A DNA stretch of 42,317 nucleotides. Source: a virus. Shown here piece after piece: positions 23,742-32,788 of this stretch. The notes beneath the pieces are model-generated. The model did no database searches. It was not told the DNA's origin and saw only the letters and a program-made list of their open reading frames with translations. The DNA lies in IMG/VR virus record IMGVR_UViG_3300045597_000107, positions 1 through 42,317 of that record; one strand, 5' to 3'. How positions within the stretch are numbered: the first letter of the stretch is position 1; each line of letters starts with the position of its first letter. The position numbers were made by a program, and so were the translations under genes.

Positions 23742-23879
23742 TTACAGGGCCAGCAGCGCCACTATCAGCGCCGCGACCCAGCCCAGGACGAAGCCCCACA
23801 TAGTGGCGTCCATCTGGGCTTCGTGCTCCCGCCTCATCTGGCGGCCTACCGCGCGTGCCTCTGCTCTCGTCATGCTCAT
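23742..23879 (-). CDS. Small membrane protein (45 aa), first gene of the reverse-strand island, below the track cutoff
   Basis: The minus strand reads aaggaggtg-ATG, translating to MSMTRAEARAVGRQMRREHEAQMDATMWGFVLGWVAALIVALLAL, with stop taa (complement of 23742-23744). Confidence 0.5.
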   Translation of the reverse strand: MSMTRAEARAVGRQMRREHEAQMDATMWGFVLGWVAALIVALLAL

Positions 23880-23981
23880 CACCTCCTTTCGGGTTGTCCT
23901 GTCTACCTACCAGCGGCGGGCGCTGCCGGCTCCCCCGGTCTGCGTCACGCTGGCTATTCGGCTTTCAAGGTGCTTAGCAAA

Positions 23982-24087
23982 CTCAAACGATTGTTTTTGT
24001 TTGCTGGCTAGGACTATGCCCCACCGGCGCTAGTGACGCAAGCGATTGTTTGAGCCTACACACTTTCTACACAAACGAACGTTTGAG
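23982..24087. promoter_or_regulatory. Three operator-like dyad repeats (consensus CTCAAAC-N4-GTTTGAG) in a divergent intergenic region
   Basis: ctcaaacgattgtttttg (23982-23999), cgcaagcgattgtttgag (24037-24054) and cacaaacgaacgtttgag (24070-24087). They lie between the minus-strand island and the plus-strand gene at 24155. Confidence 0.55.
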
Positions 24088-24154
24088 AATAGTATCTAAT
24101 CCGTCGCTGGTAAGATGTGTTCACATACTCTGAGCAGCAAAGATGGAGGAGTTC

Positions 24155-24460
24155 ATGAGCTTCATAGATCCTCGCGAGCTGATCGCGGTAGTCCTGGCGT
24201 GGGCCGGCCTCACAAAGTGGGGGGGCTCTAAGGCCATGGGGCGAGCGGGGCAGTACCTCGATGCTATGGCGCGGCGCGGATCCATCCCCTCTATTGCCGT
24301 GGCGGCTGAGCTGTGCGACGTGTGCGGCTGTGATCTCGTAGTGCGCGACCGCGCGACGGGCGAGGACGTGGCGGTGGTGGCCCCGTCCGGGCGCGTCGCG
24401 TCCCAGGGCGCAGACGACGGCGAGGCTTCGGCTAGTAGCTCGCGCGTATCCATAGATTAG
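24155..24460 (+). CDS. Hypothetical protein, possible small DNA-binding regulator
   Basis: ATG at 24155 (MSFIDPRELIAVV...) lies 5 nt after ggagg; the track start at 24143 is also possible. ...ARRGSIPSIAVAAELCDVCGCDLVV looks HTH-like, but the call is weak. Confidence 0.45.
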   Translation: MSFIDPRELIAVVLAWAGLTKWGGSKAMGRAGQYLDAMARRGSIPSIAVAAELCDVCGCDLVVRDRATGEDVAVVAPSGRVASQGADDGEASASSSRVSID

Positions 24461-24666
24461 TAAATAGTTCTGTTTACTAGCTAATTTCAGAGATTCAGAG
24501 CATGCGCAGAGTTTCAGCAGCTCATAAGGGGTGGGGTTTCAGGACACCCCGCACGCTTCCATACCCAGCGGCCGACCTCATTTTTTTATCAACACGAAAT
24601 TGGAAAAATTGCGTTACGTAGCCCGAGGTTTCGGGGGAGTTCCGTAACAACCTCTCATCTGAGGAG
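24461..24666. other. Lower-GC structured region upstream of the packaging genes (candidate cos/pac region)
   Basis: Four TTCAG-containing repeats at 24485-24541 (aatttcagag, gattcagagc, gagtttcagc, ggtttcagga). Hairpins tagtaaa/tttacta and ggggtg/cacccc. An A/T tract: cattttttta...ggaaaaatt. Confidence 0.3.
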
Positions 24667-24681
24667 ATGGGAGGTCAGTCG

Positions 24682-24999
24682 ATGCTCAACAGGTGCGTCT
24701 GGTGCCATGAGGAGTTCGAGGCGCCCACGAAGCGGGCCAGGTTCTGCAGCGTCGCGTGCAAACAGGCGCACTGGCGGGCCGTCCACAACGGCGTCAGGCT
24801 CTCAGCGCCCCGACAGACGCCACCTCCTGAGTCCCCACAGATATCCGAGCGCGAGGTCAACAACGCCGTCAGGCAGCTGCGTGGCGCCGCCACCGTGCTT
24901 GACTCCGCCTCCCTGCACGGCCCTGTCAAGATGCGTTCCGCGTGCGCCCTCGTGGCCGACCACGTGCTGCTTGCGCTCGATGAGGCGGGGCTGCTGTGA
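24682..24999 (+). CDS. Zinc-finger protein upstream of terminase
   Basis: ATG at 24682 after gggagg. Sequence MLNRCVWCHEEFEAPTKRARFCSVACKQAHWR. Confidence 0.55.
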   Translation: MLNRCVWCHEEFEAPTKRARFCSVACKQAHWRAVHNGVRLSAPRQTPPPESPQISEREVNNAVRQLRGAATVLDSASLHGPVKMRSACALVADHVLLALDEAGLL

Positions 25000-25499
25000 G
25001 GGGGAGAAAGCCCAAGGCCAATGCGATTCGGCGCATGGACGACTCCGCGCAGCCGATGGAGGTCCTCGCCGAGGTCCCCACCGACGCGCTCAGGAAGCCC
25101 GCCTCCGTGGCTGACCACGCGGGCATGAGCGCCCTGTGGGACACGGTGGTGGGCACGGGCCGCTTCTTCAAGCCCGAGGACGGCCCCTTCGTCGAGCAGC
25201 TCGTGTTCCTGCTCGAGGAGGCCCGGCAGTGCCGCATGAACTGCGTCGACGACTACGGAAACATCCAACCCATGGTGGGCAAGGGCGAGCCCCTCGAGGA
25301 CGGGTCCTACCTCGACTACAAGGAGAACCCCTGGATGCGCGCCATGCGCGACGCTAACCAGCAGGCCCTGAAGCTCGCCGAGATGCTGGGGCTCACCCCC
25401 ATGGCCAGGGCGCGCCTGGGACTGACAGCCGCCACCGGCAAGACCATGCTCTCCATCGCCGACCAGATCGACTCCGCCATGAGGCGGGCCGAGAAGTGA
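24996..25499 (+). CDS. Terminase small subunit (P27 family-like)
   Basis: Starts MRGRKPKANAIRR...SALWDTVV...LVFLLEEARQCR. The GTG start overlaps the upstream tga, and the gene is directly upstream of the large subunit. Confidence 0.75.
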   Translation: MRGRKPKANAIRRMDDSAQPMEVLAEVPTDALRKPASVADHAGMSALWDTVVGTGRFFKPEDGPFVEQLVFLLEEARQCRMNCVDDYGNIQPMVGKGEPLEDGSYLDYKENPWMRAMRDANQQALKLAEMLGLTPMARARLGLTAATGKTMLSIADQIDSAMRRAEK

Positions 25500-26965
25500 G
25501 CTATCGGACTCCAACCGGGCGCCTGTCCAAGGAGGGCCTCAGGCAGGCCGCGCGCGCGGCCGTGTTCGCCGAGACCTACCTGACGTTCGCGGGGGAGTCC
25601 GACCTGTGCGGCGAGCCCTACGAGATATCAGACTGGATGCGCAGGAACGTCTGGAACCCCCTGTTCGCGACCGGTCACGTCGACAAGAGGACAGGGCGAT
25701 GGGTGCGCCGGTTCCGCCGTGCCCTCATAGGCGTGCACAGAGGGTACGGAAAGTCTCAGGTGGCCGCTGTCATCGTCATGACGGTGGCGACCATGGAGCC
25801 GCTCCCGAACGGCATGTACGGCATCGTGGCCGACTCCCGCGAGAACACGGCCATGGTCAAGAACTACATCAAGACCATGATCCGTGCGAACCGACAGCTT
25901 GCTGCCCAGTGGCACGTCTACAAGGACGTCATCAGAAACGACCAGACCGGCCAGGAGATCCACGTCTTCCCCTACAAGGAGGCGGCGCTTCAGGGCAAGC
26001 ACTTCCACGTCCTGGTGGGCGACGAGATTCACGTATGGCGAGACGAGACGGTCTGGAACGCCGCCGTCTCCGGCCAGGCGAAGGTAAGAAACGCCCTCAC
26101 CATCGGCATCACGACGGCCGGCCGAGACCGAGACGGCTTCCTGTTCAAGCTCTACCACAGGCTCAAGCGGGACAAGCGCGCCTTCGTCAGCTGGCTGGGA
26201 ATCTCCGACTCCGATGACCCCCGCGACCGCAGGTGCTGGAAGAAGATAATCGCCGCCGGGCGCATCACCATGGAGGAGCTCGAGGAGCAGTACGAGGCCC
26301 TGCCGCTCGACGAGTTCGTGCGCTACTACCTGAACCGCACGCCCATGGACGCCGACGAGAAGCCGTTCATGCGCCGGGCGGACGTGGAGGCCTGCCAGAG
26401 GGTGGAGCGCTCGCTCGACCGCTCACAGTGGTTCTCCGTGGGCATAGACGGGGCCGTATCGGGCGACACCCTGGCCGTGGTGGCCGCGCAGAGGCAGGGC
26501 GACGGCTGGGCCCTTTCGGAGTGGTGCTGGGAGCGCCCGGGGGAGATGGGCGTCTACGACCTCACAGACGTGGCCGACGTCCTGCAGGAGCTCGCTCGCG
26601 GGGCCAACCCGCTCATGTGCTGCGACCCGGCGCGCATGCAGTTCCTCAAGAACTGGCTCCAGCGAGAGCGCGGCATGGAGCTGTTCGACGTGGCACAGAC
26701 CCCCAAGGTCATGTGCCCCGCGTCCGAGCTGCTCGCACGAGCCGTCAGGACGCACGCGGCGGCGATGTCCGGGCTCGAGGTCCTGCCGCAACACTGCGTG
26801 AACGCGCGCTCCGACGAGTCCAAGGCCTACGGCAGGCGCCTGACCTCCTACAGGCACGGGCAGGGCTCCAAGCGCATCGACGCGGCCATAGCGGCCGCCA
26901 TGGCCATGTGGGCCTACGACAACAACGAGCCCGAGACCCCGGGCGTCTGGACCGTCGAGCTGTAG
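25496..26965 (+). CDS. Terminase large subunit
   Basis: 489 aa. Walker A-like GVHRGYGKSQVAA. Walker B HVLVGDEIHVW. C-terminal nuclease-like region. Confidence 0.85.
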   Translation: MSYRTPTGRLSKEGLRQAARAAVFAETYLTFAGESDLCGEPYEISDWMRRNVWNPLFATGHVDKRTGRWVRRFRRALIGVHRGYGKSQVAAVIVMTVATMEPLPNGMYGIVADSRENTAMVKNYIKTMIRANRQLAAQWHVYKDVIRNDQTGQEIHVFPYKEAALQGKHFHVLVGDEIHVWRDETVWNAAVSGQAKVRNALTIGITTAGRDRDGFLFKLYHRLKRDKRAFVSWLGISDSDDPRDRRCWKKIIAAGRITMEELEEQYEALPLDEFVRYYLNRTPMDADEKPFMRRADVEACQRVERSLDRSQWFSVGIDGAVSGDTLAVVAAQRQGDGWALSEWCWERPGEMGVYDLTDVADVLQELARGANPLMCCDPARMQFLKNWLQRERGMELFDVAQTPKVMCPASELLARAVRTHAAAMSGLEVLPQHCVNARSDESKAYGRRLTSYRHGQGSKRIDAAIAAAMAMWAYDNNEPETPGVWTVEL

Positions 26966-27012
26966 CAGCGGGGGAGCCACCCCGCACCATCGCATGTGGA
27001 GAAAGGGGAGCG

Positions 27013-28521
27013 ATGGGAAAGCTGCTCGACGGCATCTACGACGCGATATCCGGGCTCGACGCACCGGTCCGGGACGGGTCCGTCACCGTCTCTACGATGA
27101 ATCTTCCGCTCATAGACCTCAGGACCGGGGAGAAGCACTCCGTGGACGGGGCGCTCAAGTCGTACTACTCGAACGCCTTCCGGGCGTGCCTGCTCGCCAA
27201 GGCCAGGCCCATCGCGGCCCTGCCGATTGACGTCTACACCCGCGCGAACGGCGTCCGCGAGAAGGCCAACGGCCACATGGCCAAGCGCCTCTCGCGAATC
27301 CTGCGCCACCGCTGGAACCCGACGCTCACCAGCGCCGAGGGAATCCGGTGGACGATCATGACCAAGGACACGCTGGGAAACGCCTACGTGCGCGAGGAGT
27401 GGGGCGCAAACGGCCTCATAACGGCGCTGTGGCCCATGACGGGGGCGATGGAGGTCTCAGTGACCGGGGACGGGCGACCCGTGTTCGACTACTCGGGAGA
27501 CAGGCACACACCGGCCGGTAGATACCTGTCCCACGAGGTCATCTGGGTCAAGAGCCCGATAATCGACGATGACGGCCTCAAGGGGGTCTCGCTCGCCGGC
27601 CTCGCCGCCCGGGAGCTGGGACTCTCCATCGACCTCGAGCGCTTCTACGAGAAGCTCATCACCAACGGCAACCACTTCCCGCAATGGCTCGAGACCGACG
27701 CGTCTCTCCAGCAGTCTGACGTCGACAAGGTGGCCGCGCAGCTCTCCGACCACAAGGGCATCACCGCAGCCGGCGAGATGCGCATCTTCGATCACGGCAT
27801 GAAGGTCAGGCAGCAGCAGCTCTCCATCACGGACATGAGCCTGGTGGAGCAGGAGACCTGGATCCTTCAGCAGGTGTGCCGCACGCTGTCAGTACCTCCC
27901 CAGAAGGTGTTCGACCTGTCGCACGCCACCTACTCCAACGTGGAGCAGGGCGCCCTGGACTTCGCAAAGGACACGCTCACCCCCGAGTGCCGGACGCTCG
28001 AGCAGGCCTTCTCGGACCCCCTGTGGCTGGGCGGCTCGGAGGACGAGTACGTCCAGTTCAACATGGACGGCCTCATGCGCGGCGACTACCAGGGTCGCAT
28101 GAACGGCTACCGCACGAGCGTCCTGTCCGGGTGGATGACGATGAACCAGGTGTGCGAGAAGGAGGACCTGCCCCCGTTCGTGGGCGGCGACGTCCACATG
28201 ATCCCGTCCGCCTACTCGATCATCGACCCAGAGACCGGAGAGATAGCCCCGGGCACGGGGGCCGACGTTGGCGGCTCCGGAGAGGGCGTGGCGACCACCA
28301 CGGGAGAGCCCAACGGCAGGCCCGAGGACGCCCTCGTTCCCGTCCACGACGACATGGAGCATCGCGTCTCGCAGAGATTCGAGGACAAGGGCGACACCGA
28401 GCAGACCCGCGACTTCGCGAGGCGGGTGCTCGAGCCTTACCGCAGCGCGTGCGCCGGGGCTCACATCGAATACGACATGGAGCAGGACATCGAGAGGATG
28501 GCAGAAAATGCGCGACATTGA
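27013..28521 (+). CDS. Portal protein (HK97-type)
   Basis: ATG at 27013 after aaagggga; 502 aa. Supported by size, position after terminase and an acidic C-terminus. The track ORF 26233..28521 over-extends. Confidence 0.8.
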   Translation: MGKLLDGIYDAISGLDAPVRDGSVTVSTMNLPLIDLRTGEKHSVDGALKSYYSNAFRACLLAKARPIAALPIDVYTRANGVREKANGHMAKRLSRILRHRWNPTLTSAEGIRWTIMTKDTLGNAYVREEWGANGLITALWPMTGAMEVSVTGDGRPVFDYSGDRHTPAGRYLSHEVIWVKSPIIDDDGLKGVSLAGLAARELGLSIDLERFYEKLITNGNHFPQWLETDASLQQSDVDKVAAQLSDHKGITAAGEMRIFDHGMKVRQQQLSITDMSLVEQETWILQQVCRTLSVPPQKVFDLSHATYSNVEQGALDFAKDTLTPECRTLEQAFSDPLWLGGSEDEYVQFNMDGLMRGDYQGRMNGYRTSVLSGWMTMNQVCEKEDLPPFVGGDVHMIPSAYSIIDPETGEIAPGTGADVGGSGEGVATTTGEPNGRPEDALVPVHDDMEHRVSQRFEDKGDTEQTRDFARRVLEPYRSACAGAHIEYDMEQDIERMAENARH

Positions 28522-29248
28522 CGTCTACGGATACATCGGCGACAGCTGGTTCGACGACGACTGCGTCACGGCAAAGCAATTCGTGGACCAGCTGAGAGAC
28601 GCCGGGGACGAGGACGTGACCATCCACGTCAACTCATGCGGCGGCGACGTCTTCCACGCCCAGACCATGGCCGACGCCATCCGCTCCCACAAGGGGCACG
28701 TGACGGCATCCGTCGAGGGCATCGCGGCATCCGCAGCCTCCTTCTTCTGCCTCACCGCAGACGAGGTCGTCATGAATCCCTCGGCGCTCGTCATGGTGCA
28801 CAACCCGTCCTCGTCCGTCATGGGAGACGCCTCCGACATGCGCAAGGGGGCGGACACCCTCGACAAGGTTCGCTCCACCATCGTGCGCTCCTACGTGGCC
28901 AAGACCGGCCGCTCTGACGTGGAGGTGGGGCGCTGGATGGACGAGGAGACCTGGTTCGACGCCGACGAGGCGCTCGAGAGCGGCCTGGTCGACTCGCTGA
29001 CCGACGCCATGCCGGTCGCCGCGTGCCTCTCCAGGCACGCCCTGGACTCCTTCAGAAACGCCCCCGAGACGCTCGGGGCGAGCCTCGCGCCCGACGCCCC
29101 CACCAGCGCCGAGACGGGTGCGGGGGAGCCCGAGAAGACCATCTTCCACGACGAGAACGCCAGCGTTTCCGAGCCGGGAGCCGACGAGGAAGGGACGGGA
29201 GCCGCCCCCAAGGCAGTCTGCGTCACAGGAACATTCCTCAACGCATAG
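28508..29248 (+). CDS. ClpP-like (S14) prohead maturation protease
   Basis: VTIHVNSCGGDVFHAQTMADAIRSHKG...GIAASAASFFCLTADEVVMNPSALVMVHNP. ATG at 28508. Confidence 0.85.
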   Translation: MRDIDVYGYIGDSWFDDDCVTAKQFVDQLRDAGDEDVTIHVNSCGGDVFHAQTMADAIRSHKGHVTASVEGIAASAASFFCLTADEVVMNPSALVMVHNPSSSVMGDASDMRKGADTLDKVRSTIVRSYVAKTGRSDVEVGRWMDEETWFDADEALESGLVDSLTDAMPVAACLSRHALDSFRNAPETLGASLAPDAPTSAETGAGEPEKTIFHDENASVSEPGADEEGTGAAPKAVCVTGTFLNA

Positions 29249-29258
29249 GAGGCACCAC

Positions 29259-30473
29259 GTGAAGTCGTCCATCGAGATCCACAACGAGCTCACCGCAATC
29301 GAAGAGAAGATCACCCAGGCGTCCGACTCGTTCAACGCCGCAGAGGGGGACGCCAAGGACGCCTTCCGCGACTCCATCTGCGAGCTCAAGGGCCAGAAGA
29401 AGGCCCTGAACGACCAGCTCGGCGACGCGCTGTCCGAGGAGGACTCCATCCGTCGCGGCGGTGGCGTCCCCATGGCCGTCGAGAAGCCCAAGCCCCGAAC
29501 CATGAACCCGGCAGACGCCTTCCTCGGCACCCCCGAGGAGTTCAAGAGCCGTGGCGGCTCCATCATGGACGTCTACAAAAAGACTTCCATGAAGTTCCCC
29601 ATCACCGACGCGAGCGACCCGACCCACCAGTTCTACCTTCCCACCCCGACCAAGACCAGCTACGAGCTGCCCTCCAACGTCATCGAGATGCCGATGTCGT
29701 TCATCGACACCCTCTCCAAGGGCACGACCGACTCCAACATCGAGTACAAGGTGGCGGGCGAGTTCACCAACAACGCCGCCCTGTGGAAGCCCGGCCAGGT
29801 GAAGGCCGAGTCCGACGAGAAGTGGGGAGACGACTCCGCGAACCTGTTCACGGTCGCCCACCACGTCGTCATCTCCCGGCACACGGCCTACCACTACGGA
29901 CAGCTGCGCTCCCTCATCGGCAACGACCTCATGTACGGACTCAAGGTCCGCGCCGACGAGTACGCGCTTCGGCTCGATGACGGCCCCAACAAGCAGGGCG
30001 TGCTCAAGAAGGCCGGAATCCAGACCTACGTGGCCAAGAATGGCGAGAAGTTCTACGACTCCGCCCGCCGCATGAAGACCCTCTCGTGGATGTCCTCCGG
30101 CTTCCAGCCCACCTACATCGCGGTGCACCCCTACGTCTCCGAGCAGCTCGACCTCGAGAAGAGCACGGACGGCTACTACCTGCGTCTCACCGCAGACGGC
30201 AAGGTCTGGGGCATCCCCGTCGTGGAGGACATAAACCTGTTCGAGAACGCCGGGACCGACGAGGCGCCCGTCCTCACCTACGGCGCCCTCATGTACAACC
30301 CCATGTCCGCGACCTGGTACACCTCCGAGGCCGACGCTCTGTCCCTCGGCTTCGTCGATGACCAGTTCACGCGCAACGAGTTCACGCTCCTGGCCGAGGG
30401 CGAGCACCTCATCACCGTCCAGCGCCCGAAGTCGTTCGTGTACCTGCCCGACGCGATCGCAGCGGGCAAGTAG
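29259..30473 (+). CDS. Major capsid protein (HK97 fold) with N-terminal coiled-coil delta-like region
   Basis: GTG at 29259 after aggagg; 404 aa. Position is after the protease. N-terminal helix IHNELTAIEEKITQASDSF... Confidence 0.8.
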   Translation: MKSSIEIHNELTAIEEKITQASDSFNAAEGDAKDAFRDSICELKGQKKALNDQLGDALSEEDSIRRGGGVPMAVEKPKPRTMNPADAFLGTPEEFKSRGGSIMDVYKKTSMKFPITDASDPTHQFYLPTPTKTSYELPSNVIEMPMSFIDTLSKGTTDSNIEYKVAGEFTNNAALWKPGQVKAESDEKWGDDSANLFTVAHHVVISRHTAYHYGQLRSLIGNDLMYGLKVRADEYALRLDDGPNKQGVLKKAGIQTYVAKNGEKFYDSARRMKTLSWMSSGFQPTYIAVHPYVSEQLDLEKSTDGYYLRLTADGKVWGIPVVEDINLFENAGTDEAPVLTYGALMYNPMSATWYTSEADALSLGFVDDQFTRNEFTLLAEGEHLITVQRPKSFVYLPDAIAAGK

Positions 30474-31285
30474 TGCCCGCGCTCGCGCCAGACTCCCGCA
30501 CCAGGCTCTCCCCCACGGAGCTGCTCGGCGTGACCCTCTCGGGCACGCCGGGCGGCGCCGTCGTGCGCGACCTGGCCACCGACGAGCGGACGAGCGTGGA
30601 GCCGGGCGAGGGCGGCACGTTCGCCCTTCCGTGCTCGAGCGTGCCCGCGCTCCTCGAGGTCACGTGGGAGGACTCTGGCGTCAAGGTGTCCGCCCAGGCC
30701 GACGTCGTGGCCGTGCGCTACTGCGAGCTCTCCGACATCCTCGCGTACCGCGCAGACCAGTACGAGCTCAAGGCCTCCGAGGGCGACCTGTTCGCCGCCC
30801 GCGCCCGGGCCGAGCAGGTCATCGAGTCCTCGTGCGGACGCGCCCTGCAGCCGGTCATGCGCCTGGGGTTCGTCGACCGTGACTGCCCCGCCAAGACGAG
30901 GGGCATGGTGGCGGGCGAGGACGGCTACGATTCGTGCCTCATCCGCGTGGCCACGGCGCGTAGCTCCTCGGGAGACGAGGTCGAGCTTCGCGAGGTCGGA
31001 AGCGGGCCCTACGTCGACCTCACGCACGTGGGGTTCGGCGACGCCGCCCGCGTGGCCTACGTGACGGGGCTCGCCCACGTGCCGCCCGAGGCGAGGGGGG
31101 CGGTGTGCTCGCTCGCGGCGTGGTACCTCGCGCCCAGGACAGCTCCCGAGAACGCGACCTCCACCTCCACGGACGTGGGCGTCATGAGCTTCGTCATCGC
31201 GGGCGTCTCCGGGGCCGAGACCTCGCTTCCCGACGTAAACGCCCTCATATCGCGCTTCGGTCTCTCAAACCCTAAGGTTGGCTGA
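30473..31285 (+). CDS. Head-tail joining region protein (hypothetical, 270 aa)
   Basis: Track ORF whose GTG start overlaps the capsid stop. The function is inferred from position only. Confidence 0.5.
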   Translation: MPALAPDSRTRLSPTELLGVTLSGTPGGAVVRDLATDERTSVEPGEGGTFALPCSSVPALLEVTWEDSGVKVSAQADVVAVRYCELSDILAYRADQYELKASEGDLFAARARAEQVIESSCGRALQPVMRLGFVDRDCPAKTRGMVAGEDGYDSCLIRVATARSSSGDEVELREVGSGPYVDLTHVGFGDAARVAYVTGLAHVPPEARGAVCSLAAWYLAPRTAPENATSTSTDVGVMSFVIAGVSGAETSLPDVNALISRFGLSNPKVG

Positions 31286-31286
31286 C

Positions 31287-31772
31287 ATGGGCACCTCGCT
31301 TTACACCGCGTGCGCCCAGCGCGTGCTCGAGATCGCGCAGGAGGCCCTCGCCGAGGCAGAGCGCCCCATCGGACGCATCTCCATCGGAGGCAAGTCAGCC
31401 GTCCTTCCGTCCGAGGTCCTCGTGCGCGAGCTGCCGGGGAACGTGGAGGTCTCGGACCCTGTCACCTCGCGCGTCATGGGCCGCTCGGCGTGCGCGCCGC
31501 TCGCGGTCGAGTTCTCCGTCGCCGTCGAGATGTGGTCGGTGCGCGCCCAGCTCGCCGACGCCGCCGCTGACGTGGCCCTGTGGTGGGAGCTGGTGGCAGA
31601 CGCCGTCTCCCGCGACCGCACGCTCTCGGGACTGGCCATCCACGTGACCCCGTACTACTCAAAGGGAGGAACGGCGACTCGCGACTCCCAGTTCATCGCC
31701 GCAATAGACGGAGGGGTCCGCTGCAAGGCCGACCTGCCGCCCCATAACAAGGAGGAAGACCATGGCAATTAA
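31287..31772 (+). CDS. Head-tail joining region protein (hypothetical)
   Basis: ATG at 31287, 1 nt after the upstream tga. The track gives a TTG at 31278. Confidence 0.5.
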   Translation: MGTSLYTACAQRVLEIAQEALAEAERPIGRISIGGKSAVLPSEVLVRELPGNVEVSDPVTSRVMGRSACAPLAVEFSVAVEMWSVRAQLADAAADVALWWELVADAVSRDRTLSGLAIHVTPYYSKGGTATRDSQFIAAIDGGVRCKADLPPHNKEEDHGN

Positions 31773-32766
31773 CCCTTCCATCGGACTGGCCGGAATCGCC
31801 GTCCAGGCGGACCGCGACACGCCCGCCGCCGCGCCCGCCTACGTCAACGGTCTGACCGGTGGGACCCCGTTCGGGCTGTCCCGCTCCATCGCCAACACGC
31901 CCGTCGCGTGCGGCAACCGCGCCCCCTCCGACGCCCGCGTGGACTCCATCGAGGTCTCGCCCTCCGTGGAGTCGCTGTGCTACCCCGACGTCTTCGGCAT
32001 GTACCTCTACGCGGCCCTGGGAGCCGTTGAGTCGGCTCCCGTTGACGGCCACGACGGATACTTCAAGCACGTGTTCACCATGGGAGAGACCCTTCCGTTC
32101 GTGACGCTGTGGTCTCAGGTGGGAACCGACAACTTCACTCGCGCAGACGGATGCAAGTGCTCGCAGCTCCAGGTCAAGGCGACCGGCAACGAGCACCTCG
32201 CCATGACCGCCTCCTTCATGGGTATCGACGCCCAGGTCGGCATCGACGCCATCCCCGGAAACGTGGCCGCGAGCTGCTACAACGGCAAGTACACCACCAC
32301 CGACTGCGACTTCAAGCTCGACGCGTCCTCCGACGTGCCCACCGAGGCCCTCGTGGCCGACGCCACCTTCACGTTCGCCAACAGCATCTCCACCCAGACG
32401 TCGCTCGGCCGCGTGACGCCCAGGGACGTCTCCGACGGCAACCTCTCCGCAGGCTGCTCCGTGACCACCATCCCCGACGACATCGTCCAGTACAAGAAGA
32501 TGGTCACCGGCTCCGAGACCTCGACCTCCGTGGTCGGCAAGGTCGTCACGGGCAGCTCCTACGCCAAGTTCCTGCACACCGAGGACCCGAACATGACGCT
32601 CGAGCTCGAGTTCCGACACGTGCCGTTCACCGCCGACTACCCCAGCGTCGACCCGTCGGGCTCCGAGGGCACCATCCAGTTCACCAGCGACGCCGCGATC
32701 ATCACATCGCCGGGCGAGAGCCCCGTGACCGTGACGGTGGTCAACAAGGTCGCGTCCTACAAGTAG
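31762..32766 (+). CDS. Major tail (tube) protein
   Basis: 334 aa with a strong RBS (aaggagg). It lies immediately upstream of the chaperone pair and tape measure. Confidence 0.65.
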   Translation: MAINPSIGLAGIAVQADRDTPAAAPAYVNGLTGGTPFGLSRSIANTPVACGNRAPSDARVDSIEVSPSVESLCYPDVFGMYLYAALGAVESAPVDGHDGYFKHVFTMGETLPFVTLWSQVGTDNFTRADGCKCSQLQVKATGNEHLAMTASFMGIDAQVGIDAIPGNVAASCYNGKYTTTDCDFKLDASSDVPTEALVADATFTFANSISTQTSLGRVTPRDVSDGNLSAGCSVTTIPDDIVQYKKMVTGSETSTSVVGKVVTGSSYAKFLHTEDPNMTLELEFRHVPFTADYPSVDPSGSEGTIQFTSDAAIITSPGESPVTVTVVNKVASYK

Positions 32767-32788
32767 CCGCAAGACAGGGGAGAGAGAA

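Noticed and set aside
24637-24650. gttccgtaac, a near-match to attccgtatc, in the packaging-region gap
   Set aside because: There are two mismatches within the 12-nt core that is otherwise invariant in all seven sites, and no cassette-like ORF follows it.
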